NCBI GenBank assembly: GCA_937625935.1
Contig: OW569367.1
Location: 372,001-436,000, forward strand
DNA: 64,000 nucleotides
Source: Tetramitus jugosus
Taxonomy: Eukaryota > Protista > Heterolobosea
Direction of reading: 5' to 3'
In this document: in pieces, positions 45,872 to 54,751 of the stretch
How positions within the stretch are numbered: position 1 is the stretch's first letter
How the letters are laid out: the number at the start of each line of letters is the position of its first letter
Made by a program: the position numbers and the translations under genes
Notes under the pieces: generated by a model
Seen by the model: only the letters and a program-made list of their open reading frames with translations
Database searches by the model: none
Told to the model about the DNA's origin: nothing

Positions 45872-46790
45872 ATGCCGATGAAAAAACGAACACACACCCC
45901 TGTTGTTCGTGAGTATGAGAATCCACGCTATGCTGTGTGGACCACAGCACCAAGAGGAACTGCACCAAGCTGCAAGGAGGTCATCATCACTGGAAAATGT
46001 GATGACTCCCAAGGCTGCCTTGGCCAAGAAGATTGGCTTGGATTTTGGTGATTTGCTCACCAGGGTCCAAGAAGGACCCCAAGAGGTTTGTTGCGTGGGT
46101 AACTGTTGTTGATGACAACATTTACCCATTTGTTGAATCCTTCAACCGCAACAAGAAGATGAGTGGCTGCAAGGCGGCACTCAAGATTGTGCCAAGAAGG
46201 TCGTCCTCCACGGTGTCAAAGGTAAGACAGAGGACGACATCAAGGCCATGCTTGGCACAACAAAGGTCAAGAACGTGCTCAAGAAGCACAACACCGCCTT
46301 TGTTGTGATGGAGTCCGAAACGTATGCCGAAGCTCTGCTTCGGAACGTTCACTCCATGCCAGTGGAGGTGGAAGCAAAGCGCTTCCTTCCACGCCCACGT
46401 GATCCTGTCAAGGCTGTCAGCAAGAGGCTGACCAAGATGTACCAAGAGCTACTGGCTGTGGTGGACGACCTGCGCCACCAAGGATCTCAGTAACCCAGAC
46501 AGTGAGTTACAGAGTCCCCAACTCAATGAACACAAGAAGCGATCAGCACGTGTCACCGTTGGTGACAGCCGCCAACAAGATCCCGGCCAGGTTGGCCAGT
46601 ATCAAATCAGATGCTCTCCGTAGGTCCTACCAACTGGCTAGGACCACGGAACCATCTGACATCACCAGTGGTGCTCCAGATGGTAGTGGAGGCCCTCGCA
46701 ACGAATCCCTGAAGAAGGGATCAAACCAACATTCCAAGAAGAGAATGAATCATGTTGCATAGGCCTGCCAATCCACTGGGTAAGTACCAC
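45872..46790 (+). mobile_element. Non-LTR retrotransposon ORF1 pseudogene (copy 1), head-to-head with tRNA-Leu
   Basis: Reads across at least 3 frameshifts as MPMKKRTHTPVVREYENPRYAVWTTAP..KIGLDFGDLLTRVQ..KRFVAWVTV..KVVLHG..KKHNTAFVVM..DPVKAVSKRLTKMYQELLAVVDDLR, colinear with the ORF at 48580-49746. Confidence 0.88.
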
Positions 46791-46877
46791 ATTATGTTAG
46801 ACAATTGAGAGCAGACAAGCCTGCTCTCACACAGCACACAGAAGACAAAGAAAAGTTCACCACCGGATATAAAAGGT

Positions 46878-46960
46878 CGCACTCTGTAGGATTTGAACCT
46901 ACGCACGGTTTCCCGTACCTGATTTCTAGTCAGGCTCCTTGACCGCTCGGACAAGAGTGC
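46878..46960 (-). tRNA. tRNA-Ser(AGA)
   Basis: Acceptor GCACTCT/AGAGTGC+G; anticodon arm CCTGA-CTAGAAA-TCAGG; long variable arm; GGTTCAAATCC; T4 terminator at 46871-46874. Confidence 0.97.
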
Positions 46961-47099
46961 TATATATTAGTAAAGTTCAAGTGAATAGAAAGGGTGAGTA
47001 TTTTAGAACGTGGATATGTTGAATGGTGCGCAAGCTGTTCCGAACAGCCGTATGGGGGCCACAAATGATGTGGTGTTGGTGGGAGCCGGTATGTCCCAT

Positions 47100-49770
47100 T
47101 TTTGAAATTCTAAAATAAACTAAACACTGCAAAAAGCAATGACAGAACCCAAACAATAGTCGCCCCATTGGCTACCAATCCATTGGTGATATCTTCTATG
47201 GCACTCGTTTCGATGCCCATCATACCAATTAGAAACCCTCGGCTAGTCCACCGCAGTGATCTTTCTTCAGTCGATACAACTGTCAGCTTACACTCCCATG
47301 TTAATTAGTTCCTTACTCACTGTCATTGCTAGACACCGTCTAGCATGAACCGACCTAGGACAACGAACCAAGAGGTGTAAAACACGGTTCTTTTATACCA
47401 TGCTTATTCTAACCACTCCATGAGGGTATTTCAGAAAGGAAAAGTCCACACCACTGTAATTTGCTGCCTTTTGCAACCATCTATCACTTTCCTCCACTCG
47501 ACTGTTTCACTCTTAATCAAACAAGGATTGAAAATACAATGCAAGTTACTCAATATCTTAATCTCTCAAAATTCGTCACATGGCCCAACACTTCGGTATG
47601 GACAATTACACTCTCTCATTTGAGAGATCAAGATATTCGGCAACTGATGCCTCTGAACACCCAGTTTACAGTTGGAATAACAACTCTTGGAAGCACATGG
47701 GCTCACCATCCACCAAGAGTTGATTATGACTTACTATTCCCACAATATAGAGTTTCTTGAGCACAGTGGATGGAATGTATCTATCGAGCCAACAGTCATC
47801 ACTGTAGTCTGATCCTTGACTGATATACATTCTCTTGTCGGAATGTTTGATGATGCTTGATATCCTCAAGCGTGTCAAGGGACAGTCTTCGTGCTTCGGT
47901 GTCCTGCTTACGATTGACCATCGAGAACACGAACCAACCAGTCTGAGCAGCGCCTCCCTACTGATCCTAAATCATAACCGAAAGAGAGCAACTCTTCGTC
48001 GGAAACCTTTTCATTGCTTTCGACCAATACTTCACCAGCGATCTGCAAAACAAGTTGACTTTGTCAAGCCACTCTGCAGTCCAATCCGTGAACTCTGATG
48101 CGTAGGTGAATATTTGATGTATGCATGTATCGACTACCTTGCTCACCTGCCTCGCTGTAAGCCTCATCAGCCTGAGCCTTACCACAACTCTGTGTTTTTT
48201 GTCAAGCTTGCTCTCTCTGTCTTTGTGTGCCTCTAAGGTTAGTGTGCAGACCAAGAGCACGGAAGACCTGTGTATAGTTTCTCGCTACCATCAACGGTGA
48301 TGTCATTGTTTGATCCGCTCTCAATCTTTCTCACATACAGTTCCAACTTGTCGAGGTGCATCGTCATCCGTATCCACCCTAACACGGTAGACATTGCTGT
48401 GGCGGCTTTCGAGGTCCTGATTGTTTCTCGGAAAAGGGCTATGTTTTTTTTTTTTTTTCCATACAACCATGTGTGCTTGCGCAGCAAGCACACGATTGCT
48501 CATTTATTGACTTGTTTTGTGAGTGACGACCCGTAGGGCGTCATTCACTCTTCTTCTCTTGTTGTCCCCGACGGTGCACCTACAGGTTGGAAGAATCACT
48601 CTGTTGAGTGGTTTGGTTGATGCCCTTCATCAAAGGGTGTAACCTTGTAGTAGGACCGTCGATGGACACAGAGCCATCTGTTGTTTTTTTCTTGTTTTGG
48701 GCCTTGTTGATCATCAGATCACCCAGTGTGATCCTAGCACTCCTCTTCTTGTTGTCATTGAGTTGTGGACTCTGAATCTCCCTTTCGGAGTCATCATCCA
48801 CATCCACAATGACTGGTTCGTCCTCAGTCAAACCATACCTTTTGCGTGCAGCAGCCAGCGCCAATGCAGCAATTTCCTTTTTCACTCTGGCGAACACTGG
48901 AGAAGTGGCATTCACTTGCTCCAGAATTTGCCGGTTCTCAGCACTGAGCTGTACAACAGGCACTGATGGCAGTGGTGTTGCTACAGTCCTCTGTTCTTCT
49001 GCCTCCACTAGCTCAGGAGTAGTCTCCATCCTAGCAGTGGCTTGGGCAACTTCTTGCTCCGGCATTGGAACCGGTTTGTTGCCCCCTTGACTCTTAGTCT
49101 TTCCCAATTCCTTGGTGAGTTCTGTGACCTGTCGACGCAGTCCGTCAACCACTGTCAGCAGCTCCTCGTACATCTTCGTCAACCTCTTGTTGACAGCCTT
49201 GAGAGGATCATGTGGTCTCTCGACGTATCGAGTGACCGTGGCCTTTATCTTGTTCTCTCCGCTGAGCACTGCTCGTGCATAGGTTTCATCACCCATGACC
49301 ACGAAAGCAGTGTCACGCTTCTTGAGCACACTGGCAACCTTCTCAGGTCCCAGTAGCTTCTTGATGTCGTCCACTGACATGTTCTTCATGCCATGGACGA
49401 CCACCTTTCTTGTGCAATCAACACTGCGCTTGGGTGCAGCAGTGCTGTTGCCAATCCTCCTCTCTTTGTTGAACAACTCAACAAAGTCATAGATGCGGTA
49501 ACCCTTGACCGTCACCCATGCAACAAAGCGTTGCTGGTCTTTCCTCTTGATGACCTGGACTCGGTTGAGCCAGTCACCAAACTCCTCTCCTATCTTTCTT
49601 GCCAAAGATGACTGAGAGACACCATTACCGTTGCCAGTAATGACCACCTCTCTGTCACTTGGCCTAGAGCCTTTCCGTGCAGTGGTCCACACTGCATAAC
49701 GGCTGTTGCCGTATTCCTTCACCAAATTTGTTGAATCACCAGACATGTGATTCCGTTTTTTTCTGCGTTT
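47100..49770 (-). mobile_element. Internally deleted non-LTR retrotransposon (copy 2): open ORF1 plus decayed RT motifs 4-7, thumb and C-terminal knuckle
   Basis: After ORF1: SVSIDGPTTRLHPLMKGINQ (motif 4), VLAAQAHM-(polyA)-IALF (motif 5), WIRMTMHLDKLEL (6), VFRALGLHTNL (7), RLTARQVSKVV..IFTY..WLDKVNLFCRSLVKYW (thumb), LKKLYIVGIVSHNQLLVDG, HLLVRCP. Ends are approximate. Confidence 0.85.
48580..49746 (-). CDS. Retrotransposon ORF1-like protein (two RRM-like domains + coiled coil), C-terminus run into an RT fragment
   Basis: 388-aa open frame from ATG 49746; RRM-like EVVITG..RFVAWVTV and RKVVVHGM..TAFVVM; heptads LTKMYEELLTVVDGLRRQVTELTKEL; two decayed paralogs nearby. Confidence 0.8.
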   Translation of the reverse strand: MSGDSTNLVKEYGNSRYAVWTTARKGSRPSDREVVITGNGNGVSQSSLARKIGEEFGDWLNRVQVIKRKDQQRFVAWVTVKGYRIYDFVELFNKERRIGNSTAAPKRSVDCTRKVVVHGMKNMSVDDIKKLLGPEKVASVLKKRDTAFVVMGDETYARAVLSGENKIKATVTRYVERPHDPLKAVNKRLTKMYEELLTVVDGLRRQVTELTKELGKTKSQGGNKPVPMPEQEVAQATARMETTPELVEAEEQRTVATPLPSVPVVQLSAENRQILEQVNATSPVFARVKKEIAALALAAARKRYGLTEDEPVIVDVDDDSEREIQSPQLNDNKKRSARITLGDLMINKAQNKKKTTDGSVSIDGPTTRLHPLMKGINQTTQQSDSSNL

Positions 49771-49778
49771 TTGGAAAA

Positions 49779-49851
49779 GGCTCCTTAGCACAGGTGGCAG
49801 TGCGCTGTCCTAGTAAGACAGAGGTCACGAGTTCGAGTCTCGTAGGAGCCT
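49779..49851 (+). tRNA. tRNA-Thr(AGT)
   Basis: Acceptor GGCTCCT/AGGAGCC+T; anticodon arm CTGTC-CTAGTAA-GACAG; GTTCGAGTC T-loop; T-runs immediately downstream. Confidence 0.97.
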
Positions 49852-49899
49852 TTTGGTGCCCCTTCGAACTAGTGTTTTTTGGTTCTGAATTTTTTTAGT

Positions 49900-50470
49900 A
49901 AATATTAACTAATATTTACTCTGCGCTTTAACCCCGGACACTCAGATGGAATTTTCACGCACTCCATAACACGCGGGAGGTCACTTCCGGACCTCATCAC
50001 TCCATCAATAGAAATATTGACGTGAAGTCCTGTGACACTGTAATTTCCCTCAATACATTGAAGTCGGTTCCGACACCACAACATAAAGTATGGGCTCTGC
50101 AAGAAGCGTCTACACCACTGACAAGCATTTGAAGGATCTTTCCTTGTATATAGTCTTGTGTCTGCAGCAGTCAAGCATTGATCTGAAGACTTGGCAGAGA
50201 TTTATCGGTAGGGACAACTGGTGTAGGGTACTCAAGTCCATGGTAACTTGGTGGCTCTGATGAATGAGCTCAAACCACATTGTCCTGGACCATGTCTCTA
50301 GACTTAGATTTGAAATTGCGTTACAGTTTCTACTTTTTTGGTGTTTTTGGCACTTGGGTGTCCTTGTGGAGGGGACCCGAAGGAAATCCGGTCATATTCT
50401 TTAACTCACTGACTTGGTCGTCCACCACAGCAAAGAGCTCTTGGTATATCTTCCCAAAGAGGGATCGCAT
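49900..50470 (-). mobile_element. Third ORF1 fragment plus unresolved downstream relic
   Basis: 50343-50465 encodes SLFGKIYQELFAVVDDQVSELK, homologous to the coiled coil of ORF1 copies 1 and 2. Confidence 0.7.
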
Positions 50471-50479
50471 GTCCTGGAC

Positions 50480-50960
50480 TACCTACTCGCAGTCTGTCAT
50501 TAACAGTCTCGAGAGGATTAAATTCTCAGATCTCTCGGTTGATGAACAGTGTGATCAAATCACTAGTTCTATCACAGACGGAGCATATGAGAGGAATCGT
50601 CCACTCTGATGATTGATAGCTTCTCTCATTTTGCGACCACCACCCTGCGTTACTGGACACACCTGCTTTATCGGCTACCTCTGCCACTCGATTGAGCTCT
50701 CTTGTGAAGACGTTCGACAGACTGCTCAATGGACAAATAGGTCGGTAGTTGACAATGATCGAAGGACAACCCTTCTTGTAGGCAGGGACGATTATACACT
50801 TCTTCTGCTGCTTGGGAAAACACCAGCTTTCACTATGTTATTGAAAAGTGTCGTCAGGACCTCCACAAAATCGTTTAAATGTTCGATCGATGTGAAAGGA
50901 CATTGGTCACAATTGCGTTAGTCGATATTTCAGCAGAAGGCAATCTCTTTCCTCGTTCAA
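50480..50960 (-). mobile_element. Non-LTR RT relic (motifs 0-3)
   Basis: FVEVLTTLFNNIVKAGVFP / KKCIIVPAYKKGCPSIIVNYRPICPLSSLSNVFTRELNR..RS..LITLFIN; NYRPI at ~50736-50750. Confidence 0.9.
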
Positions 50961-50978
50961 CCGTACCTGTGGAATTTA

Positions 50979-52445
50979 TTATTGACCAAAAAAGCCAGGT
51001 TTGGATATTTGACCTGAATAAACTGAGTCTCTCTGCTTTCGAGATGTATTATTCTGTTCATATACTTCTAAAAGACCAAGAGTATTCTCGGGGCGCCCAA
51101 ACCCTTCTTTTTGCATCTCAGAGAGAGTGTCCATTATATTTTGCCTGTACTTGACAGTAAGGTTGATTTGTTGACGATACATTTGTTTGCTGAACATTGA
51201 TAGCATCCCTCCAAAGTCCATGAAAAGCGACATTGTTACACGCGTCTGGTACTCGTGGATATGAACAAAAGTCCAACATTGTATCATGTGACATCTCTGA
51301 TTGTCGGGATTCAACTTCTCAATATTGGAATCATTGAACGGTCTTACAATGAAGACTCCTGCTTCCTTTCCATCAATTTCTGTGCGATAACCAGCAGTAA
51401 TAAAACATATCTCTCTTTTAACGAATGGAGGAGGCATACTGACCTCCAGGAGCATCGTGGAAAATGCTAGCTTCTTCTCGCTATTCGAATTGATGTTACT
51501 CGTCTCTATCACCTTGTGTGAAAAATCTTTGTTTCCCTTTCGAAGAGTGTCAGATTGTAATGCTCCTATGACATACTCATAGTAAAATGGAAGATAGAAC
51601 GTGAATTTGATTGGTGTTTTGAGTCTGAGTAAGCTTTCAATGAGTCTTCTCTGTTTCACATCACCATTATGCAGATCCTTTGCCTGCTCCTTGCTCGAGA
51701 AGATGAATCGTTTCTTTGACTGATAAACCTCAATCCAATCTCCACGCGTTCTATTCTTGTTGAAATGATTCTCTATCGGTTTCCAATGGCTCTGATCAGA
51801 ACAAACTTGAATTGCAAAGGTCATATCCTCCTCCGTAATCATGGGTTTCAGAAAGTCATCGAGAGTGAAGCTTACAAATCGTTCATCATGATAAACACAA
51901 GTCCGTTCGATGATATCGAACCTCTCCTTGACACAACAAGAATCAACAAACTCGTTCCATAATTTGCTTCTGATGAAACGAGGGTACGTATCTTGTTTCA
52001 ACACACAGTTTAGAGAGTTCTCAATGACATCAAAGACTTTGTACTGCTCCTGCTGCATCTCAAACTGAGTATACTCCCCTCTTCGACACTTCTTTGCGAT
52101 AGTATTGACTCTCTCGTGAAGAGCTCTCCTTTCCTCTCCACCCAGATTTATCTGGAAGGGTGATTCCGAGGATAAATATTTCTTGATCATCTCAGAGGCC
52201 AGTATCTCAAATGTATCACATATTAACCCATTGTTCACATTCTCTGTCGTGTGAACTCGAATCATCTCCAGATGAAATCGATGGATCTCGTCCAGAAACA
52301 GAATCGGCTCCTGGCAGTGAGAGTTCTTCAGATATTCTTGAAACACTTTTCGTGTCTCCTCATTCTTCATCATTCTCTCGTATGGAAAGTCATACTCGAT
52401 CCGATTCTTCTTGAAATGACTTCTTCTCCTATCTTCTTCGTCCAT
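50979..52445 (-). CDS. RGS + START-like domain protein
   Basis: RGS FQEYLKNSHCQEPILFLDEI..YLSSESPFQINL..LKQDTYPRFIRS; START-like MPPPFVKREICF..TRVTMSLFMDFGG. Confidence 0.82.
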   Translation of the reverse strand: MDEEDRRRSHFKKNRIEYDFPYERMMKNEETRKVFQEYLKNSHCQEPILFLDEIHRFHLEMIRVHTTENVNNGLICDTFEILASEMIKKYLSSESPFQINLGGEERRALHERVNTIAKKCRRGEYTQFEMQQEQYKVFDVIENSLNCVLKQDTYPRFIRSKLWNEFVDSCCVKERFDIIERTCVYHDERFVSFTLDDFLKPMITEEDMTFAIQVCSDQSHWKPIENHFNKNRTRGDWIEVYQSKKRFIFSSKEQAKDLHNGDVKQRRLIESLLRLKTPIKFTFYLPFYYEYVIGALQSDTLRKGNKDFSHKVIETSNINSNSEKKLAFSTMLLEVSMPPPFVKREICFITAGYRTEIDGKEAGVFIVRPFNDSNIEKLNPDNQRCHMIQCWTFVHIHEYQTRVTMSLFMDFGGMLSMFSKQMYRQQINLTVKYRQNIMDTLSEMQKEGFGRPENTLGLLEVYEQNNTSRKQRDSVYSGQISKPGFFGQ

Positions 52446-52622
52446 TGGTGTTTGCTAAAGGGGTGGTTTCTTCTGTTTTCCTCTCCACACAAGCTTGTCT
52501 TGCTCAAGGATTTCGGACCATCATCAGCACTTTTATAGATTCATGCGACGATTCATAAGGTGGCCTCTTTTGCTGCCTGGATAAATATCATTTCTGGTAG
52601 GTAAGAAAGAAAACAAAGAGAG

Positions 52623-54683
52623 ATGAGTCAGAAGAGTACCTGTTTGAATGCCCAGCTACTTATTGAAATTATTAAGCAATCTCTGAGTCGAGAAGAGACC
52701 AATTCTGACGTACGATTCACATACGATCCCAGTGATATCCATGTGATCAAGTTGTTTGGTTCACGTGCCTATGGTAGTGCTCAAGAGGATTCTGACTATG
52801 ATTTTATAGTTGTTTGTCGTGAGTTTCAAGTGCAAAACTATTATCGAAGTATCGAAGGAATGAAACATGCTGTCAAGCACGAGAGGGACTACATGTTTGA
52901 TGTGGATTGGATATTGGACATTGATCAGAGCGAGTCTTCTGCTTCAGATTCTGGATGTGATGTTAAAGAAGAGGAATCCTTGAATAGGAGTATCCATATT
53001 GGTGTACACATCTTGAACTCTGAGTACTATATGGAAATGGTTCAGGAACATGAGGCCACCATGGTGTTGAGTATGTTTCTGGACGGTACGGATCAAATAT
53101 GGATGGAAGATGAAGATATGACGCACTATAGGACAGTTCTATTTCCAATGTATGGACTCATGCTGCGTAAAGTCCAGAGAGGCTTTGCACGGGTGGCTGA
53201 TATCGCCTACAGCAAGTCGAATCGAATATGGTCGGATGATGCGTACAAGTCAGCGAAGAATATGGCCCATTCATACCGCTACTTAACATATGCGAAGCAA
53301 ATTGTAGAACATGGACGAATTGTTGACTTTACGGAGCCAAACAACGTATGTGCACAAGTCGTTTCTTGTTATGAAACATGTCAGCAGTGGAACGATATGA
53401 AAGAATTGTACTACAAGCCGTACTATTCCATGAGAGAGAATCTGAAAGAATTTGTTAAAGAACGTGTTGACAACTTTCAACTGAAACACGTGGGATCACT
53501 TACCAATCTGATCAATGAAAATGGTATCAGTGTACTGAACAAGTACTATTCCATTCATGTTGTTCCATATGGCACCGACTGTTTCTATTTGAAACGAGAT
53601 CCAAAGATGGCATCAAGATCGAATCTTATCAGTCAATCATGCAACGGGTGTATAGTGAGGTATTCCGACACCACTGGTTGCTCAATGGTTTGTGCTGTTC
53701 CGATGATGTATGATGTCAAAAGTTTGGATGATAAGATGGACTTGGATAGATGTAAGTGCTACTTGAAACCAAAAGGAATGCAGTTCTCTCTGTTCTTTGA
53801 TGAAGAATGGAAGCTATGCTCTGAGATGTACGAGTCTGAATTTACACAGAGAATATCAACAGGTAAAAAGAATGACAATAGCATTTCTGAATCTGAACAA
53901 GTAATTTGGTCCAAGTGGAGAGAACTGAATTATGAATTGCCGAGTGACACTCGCATCACCTTTACCTTCATCCTCACTGGTGACTCCATCTCTCTTGAGT
54001 CTGCAGTGTCAATCAATGGTGATGAAGAAAACTTCATAGAGCTTGCGACAAGGTACCAATGGTCTCATTTAACGCCAACGACGATTCAGTCAATGACTGG
54101 CCTGCGAGAATTTCTAAATAATCCAAATCTTGTGAATCCATTGAGTTACACTGGTGCTCTGTTGATAAAACCTGGTTGTCAGCGAGTGGAAGTGAAATCT
54201 ACATTGTATAACAGTTTAGACAAATTGAATGTATGGGATGTGGCCATGGTACGATCAAGTAATGACTCTATACCATTCCAAGGCATTGAATCCGAATCAA
54301 ACACCTATGCTCTTCTCGATATCCTTCGACTCTATAGTCTGGAAGATGCAACGGACGAGAGAACGATTGAAGAAACCTATCCGCTCTTCTTACCGACATA
54401 TCGATCCATGAAGAGTGCAGTGATCAAAGCATTTAACTTTATCGACCAGCAATTCAGGCTCATTCGAGCAAAAGCCAGTGCTGATCAATTCAGAGACAGG
54501 GCCCAGTTTGCTAGGCTTGTGGATTCTGCTCTGAACAAGAAACACCTGAGACGTCTGAGAACTTGCATGTACATGATGTGGTCACTCGATGACGCTTCAA
54601 ATGTTTGCTTTCAAAAGGACATGCGAACTTCGATTGAACCTCGTCTTATGCATCATATCTGGTTGGTAGGGTTGAGTCTGTAA
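52623..54683 (+). CDS. Pol-beta nucleotidyltransferase fused to a degenerate RNA ligase (Rnl1)-like region
   Basis: LFGSRAYGSAQEDSDYDFIVV, YKSAKNMAHSYRYL..QIVEHGRIVDF; C-half SQSCNGCIV..YLKPKGMQFSLFFDEEW..TFTFIL..YTGALL..RVEVKSTLY. Confidence 0.7.
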   Translation: MSQKSTCLNAQLLIEIIKQSLSREETNSDVRFTYDPSDIHVIKLFGSRAYGSAQEDSDYDFIVVCREFQVQNYYRSIEGMKHAVKHERDYMFDVDWILDIDQSESSASDSGCDVKEEESLNRSIHIGVHILNSEYYMEMVQEHEATMVLSMFLDGTDQIWMEDEDMTHYRTVLFPMYGLMLRKVQRGFARVADIAYSKSNRIWSDDAYKSAKNMAHSYRYLTYAKQIVEHGRIVDFTEPNNVCAQVVSCYETCQQWNDMKELYYKPYYSMRENLKEFVKERVDNFQLKHVGSLTNLINENGISVLNKYYSIHVVPYGTDCFYLKRDPKMASRSNLISQSCNGCIVRYSDTTGCSMVCAVPMMYDVKSLDDKMDLDRCKCYLKPKGMQFSLFFDEEWKLCSEMYESEFTQRISTGKKNDNSISESEQVIWSKWRELNYELPSDTRITFTFILTGDSISLESAVSINGDEENFIELATRYQWSHLTPTTIQSMTGLREFLNNPNLVNPLSYTGALLIKPGCQRVEVKSTLYNSLDKLNVWDVAMVRSSNDSIPFQGIESESNTYALLDILRLYSLEDATDERTIEETYPLFLPTYRSMKSAVIKAFNFIDQQFRLIRAKASADQFRDRAQFARLVDSALNKKHLRRLRTCMYMMWSLDDASNVCFQKDMRTSIEPRLMHHIWLVGLSL

Positions 54684-54751
54684 TAATAAATGCACATCGG
54701 GACTATACTGTATGGAAATATTTATTTGTGCCGAGTGTAGCAACTATTTGT

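Noticed and set aside
45699-45968. 89-aa ORF spanning tRNA-Leu, and similar ORFs over tRNA-Ser and tRNA-Thr
   Set aside because: Incidental translations of tRNA sequence; the 49791 start of the ORF1 frame lies inside tRNA-Thr and is not ATG.
45872-46500. Programmed frameshifting or RNA editing to rescue ORF1 copy 1
   Set aside because: The shifts coincide with small deletions relative to copy 2 and lack slippery sites; decay is simpler.
45820-49778. Target-site duplications, LTRs or clean poly(A) tails for the retroelement copies
   Set aside because: None could be identified by eye; element boundaries remain approximate.
45737-49851. tRNAs as SINE heads or pseudogenes
   Set aside because: Cloverleafs are fully paired with their own terminators, and the ORF1 copies point away from them.
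49905-50174. Possible RNase H or zinc-knuckle remnant (CQWC, ISIDG)
   Set aside because: Similarity too weak to assign without a profile search.
5987-54683. Toxin RNase plus RNA-repair enzymes as one linked system
   Set aside because: The genes are 35-47 kb apart among unrelated housekeeping genes; no evidence of linkage in a eukaryotic genome.
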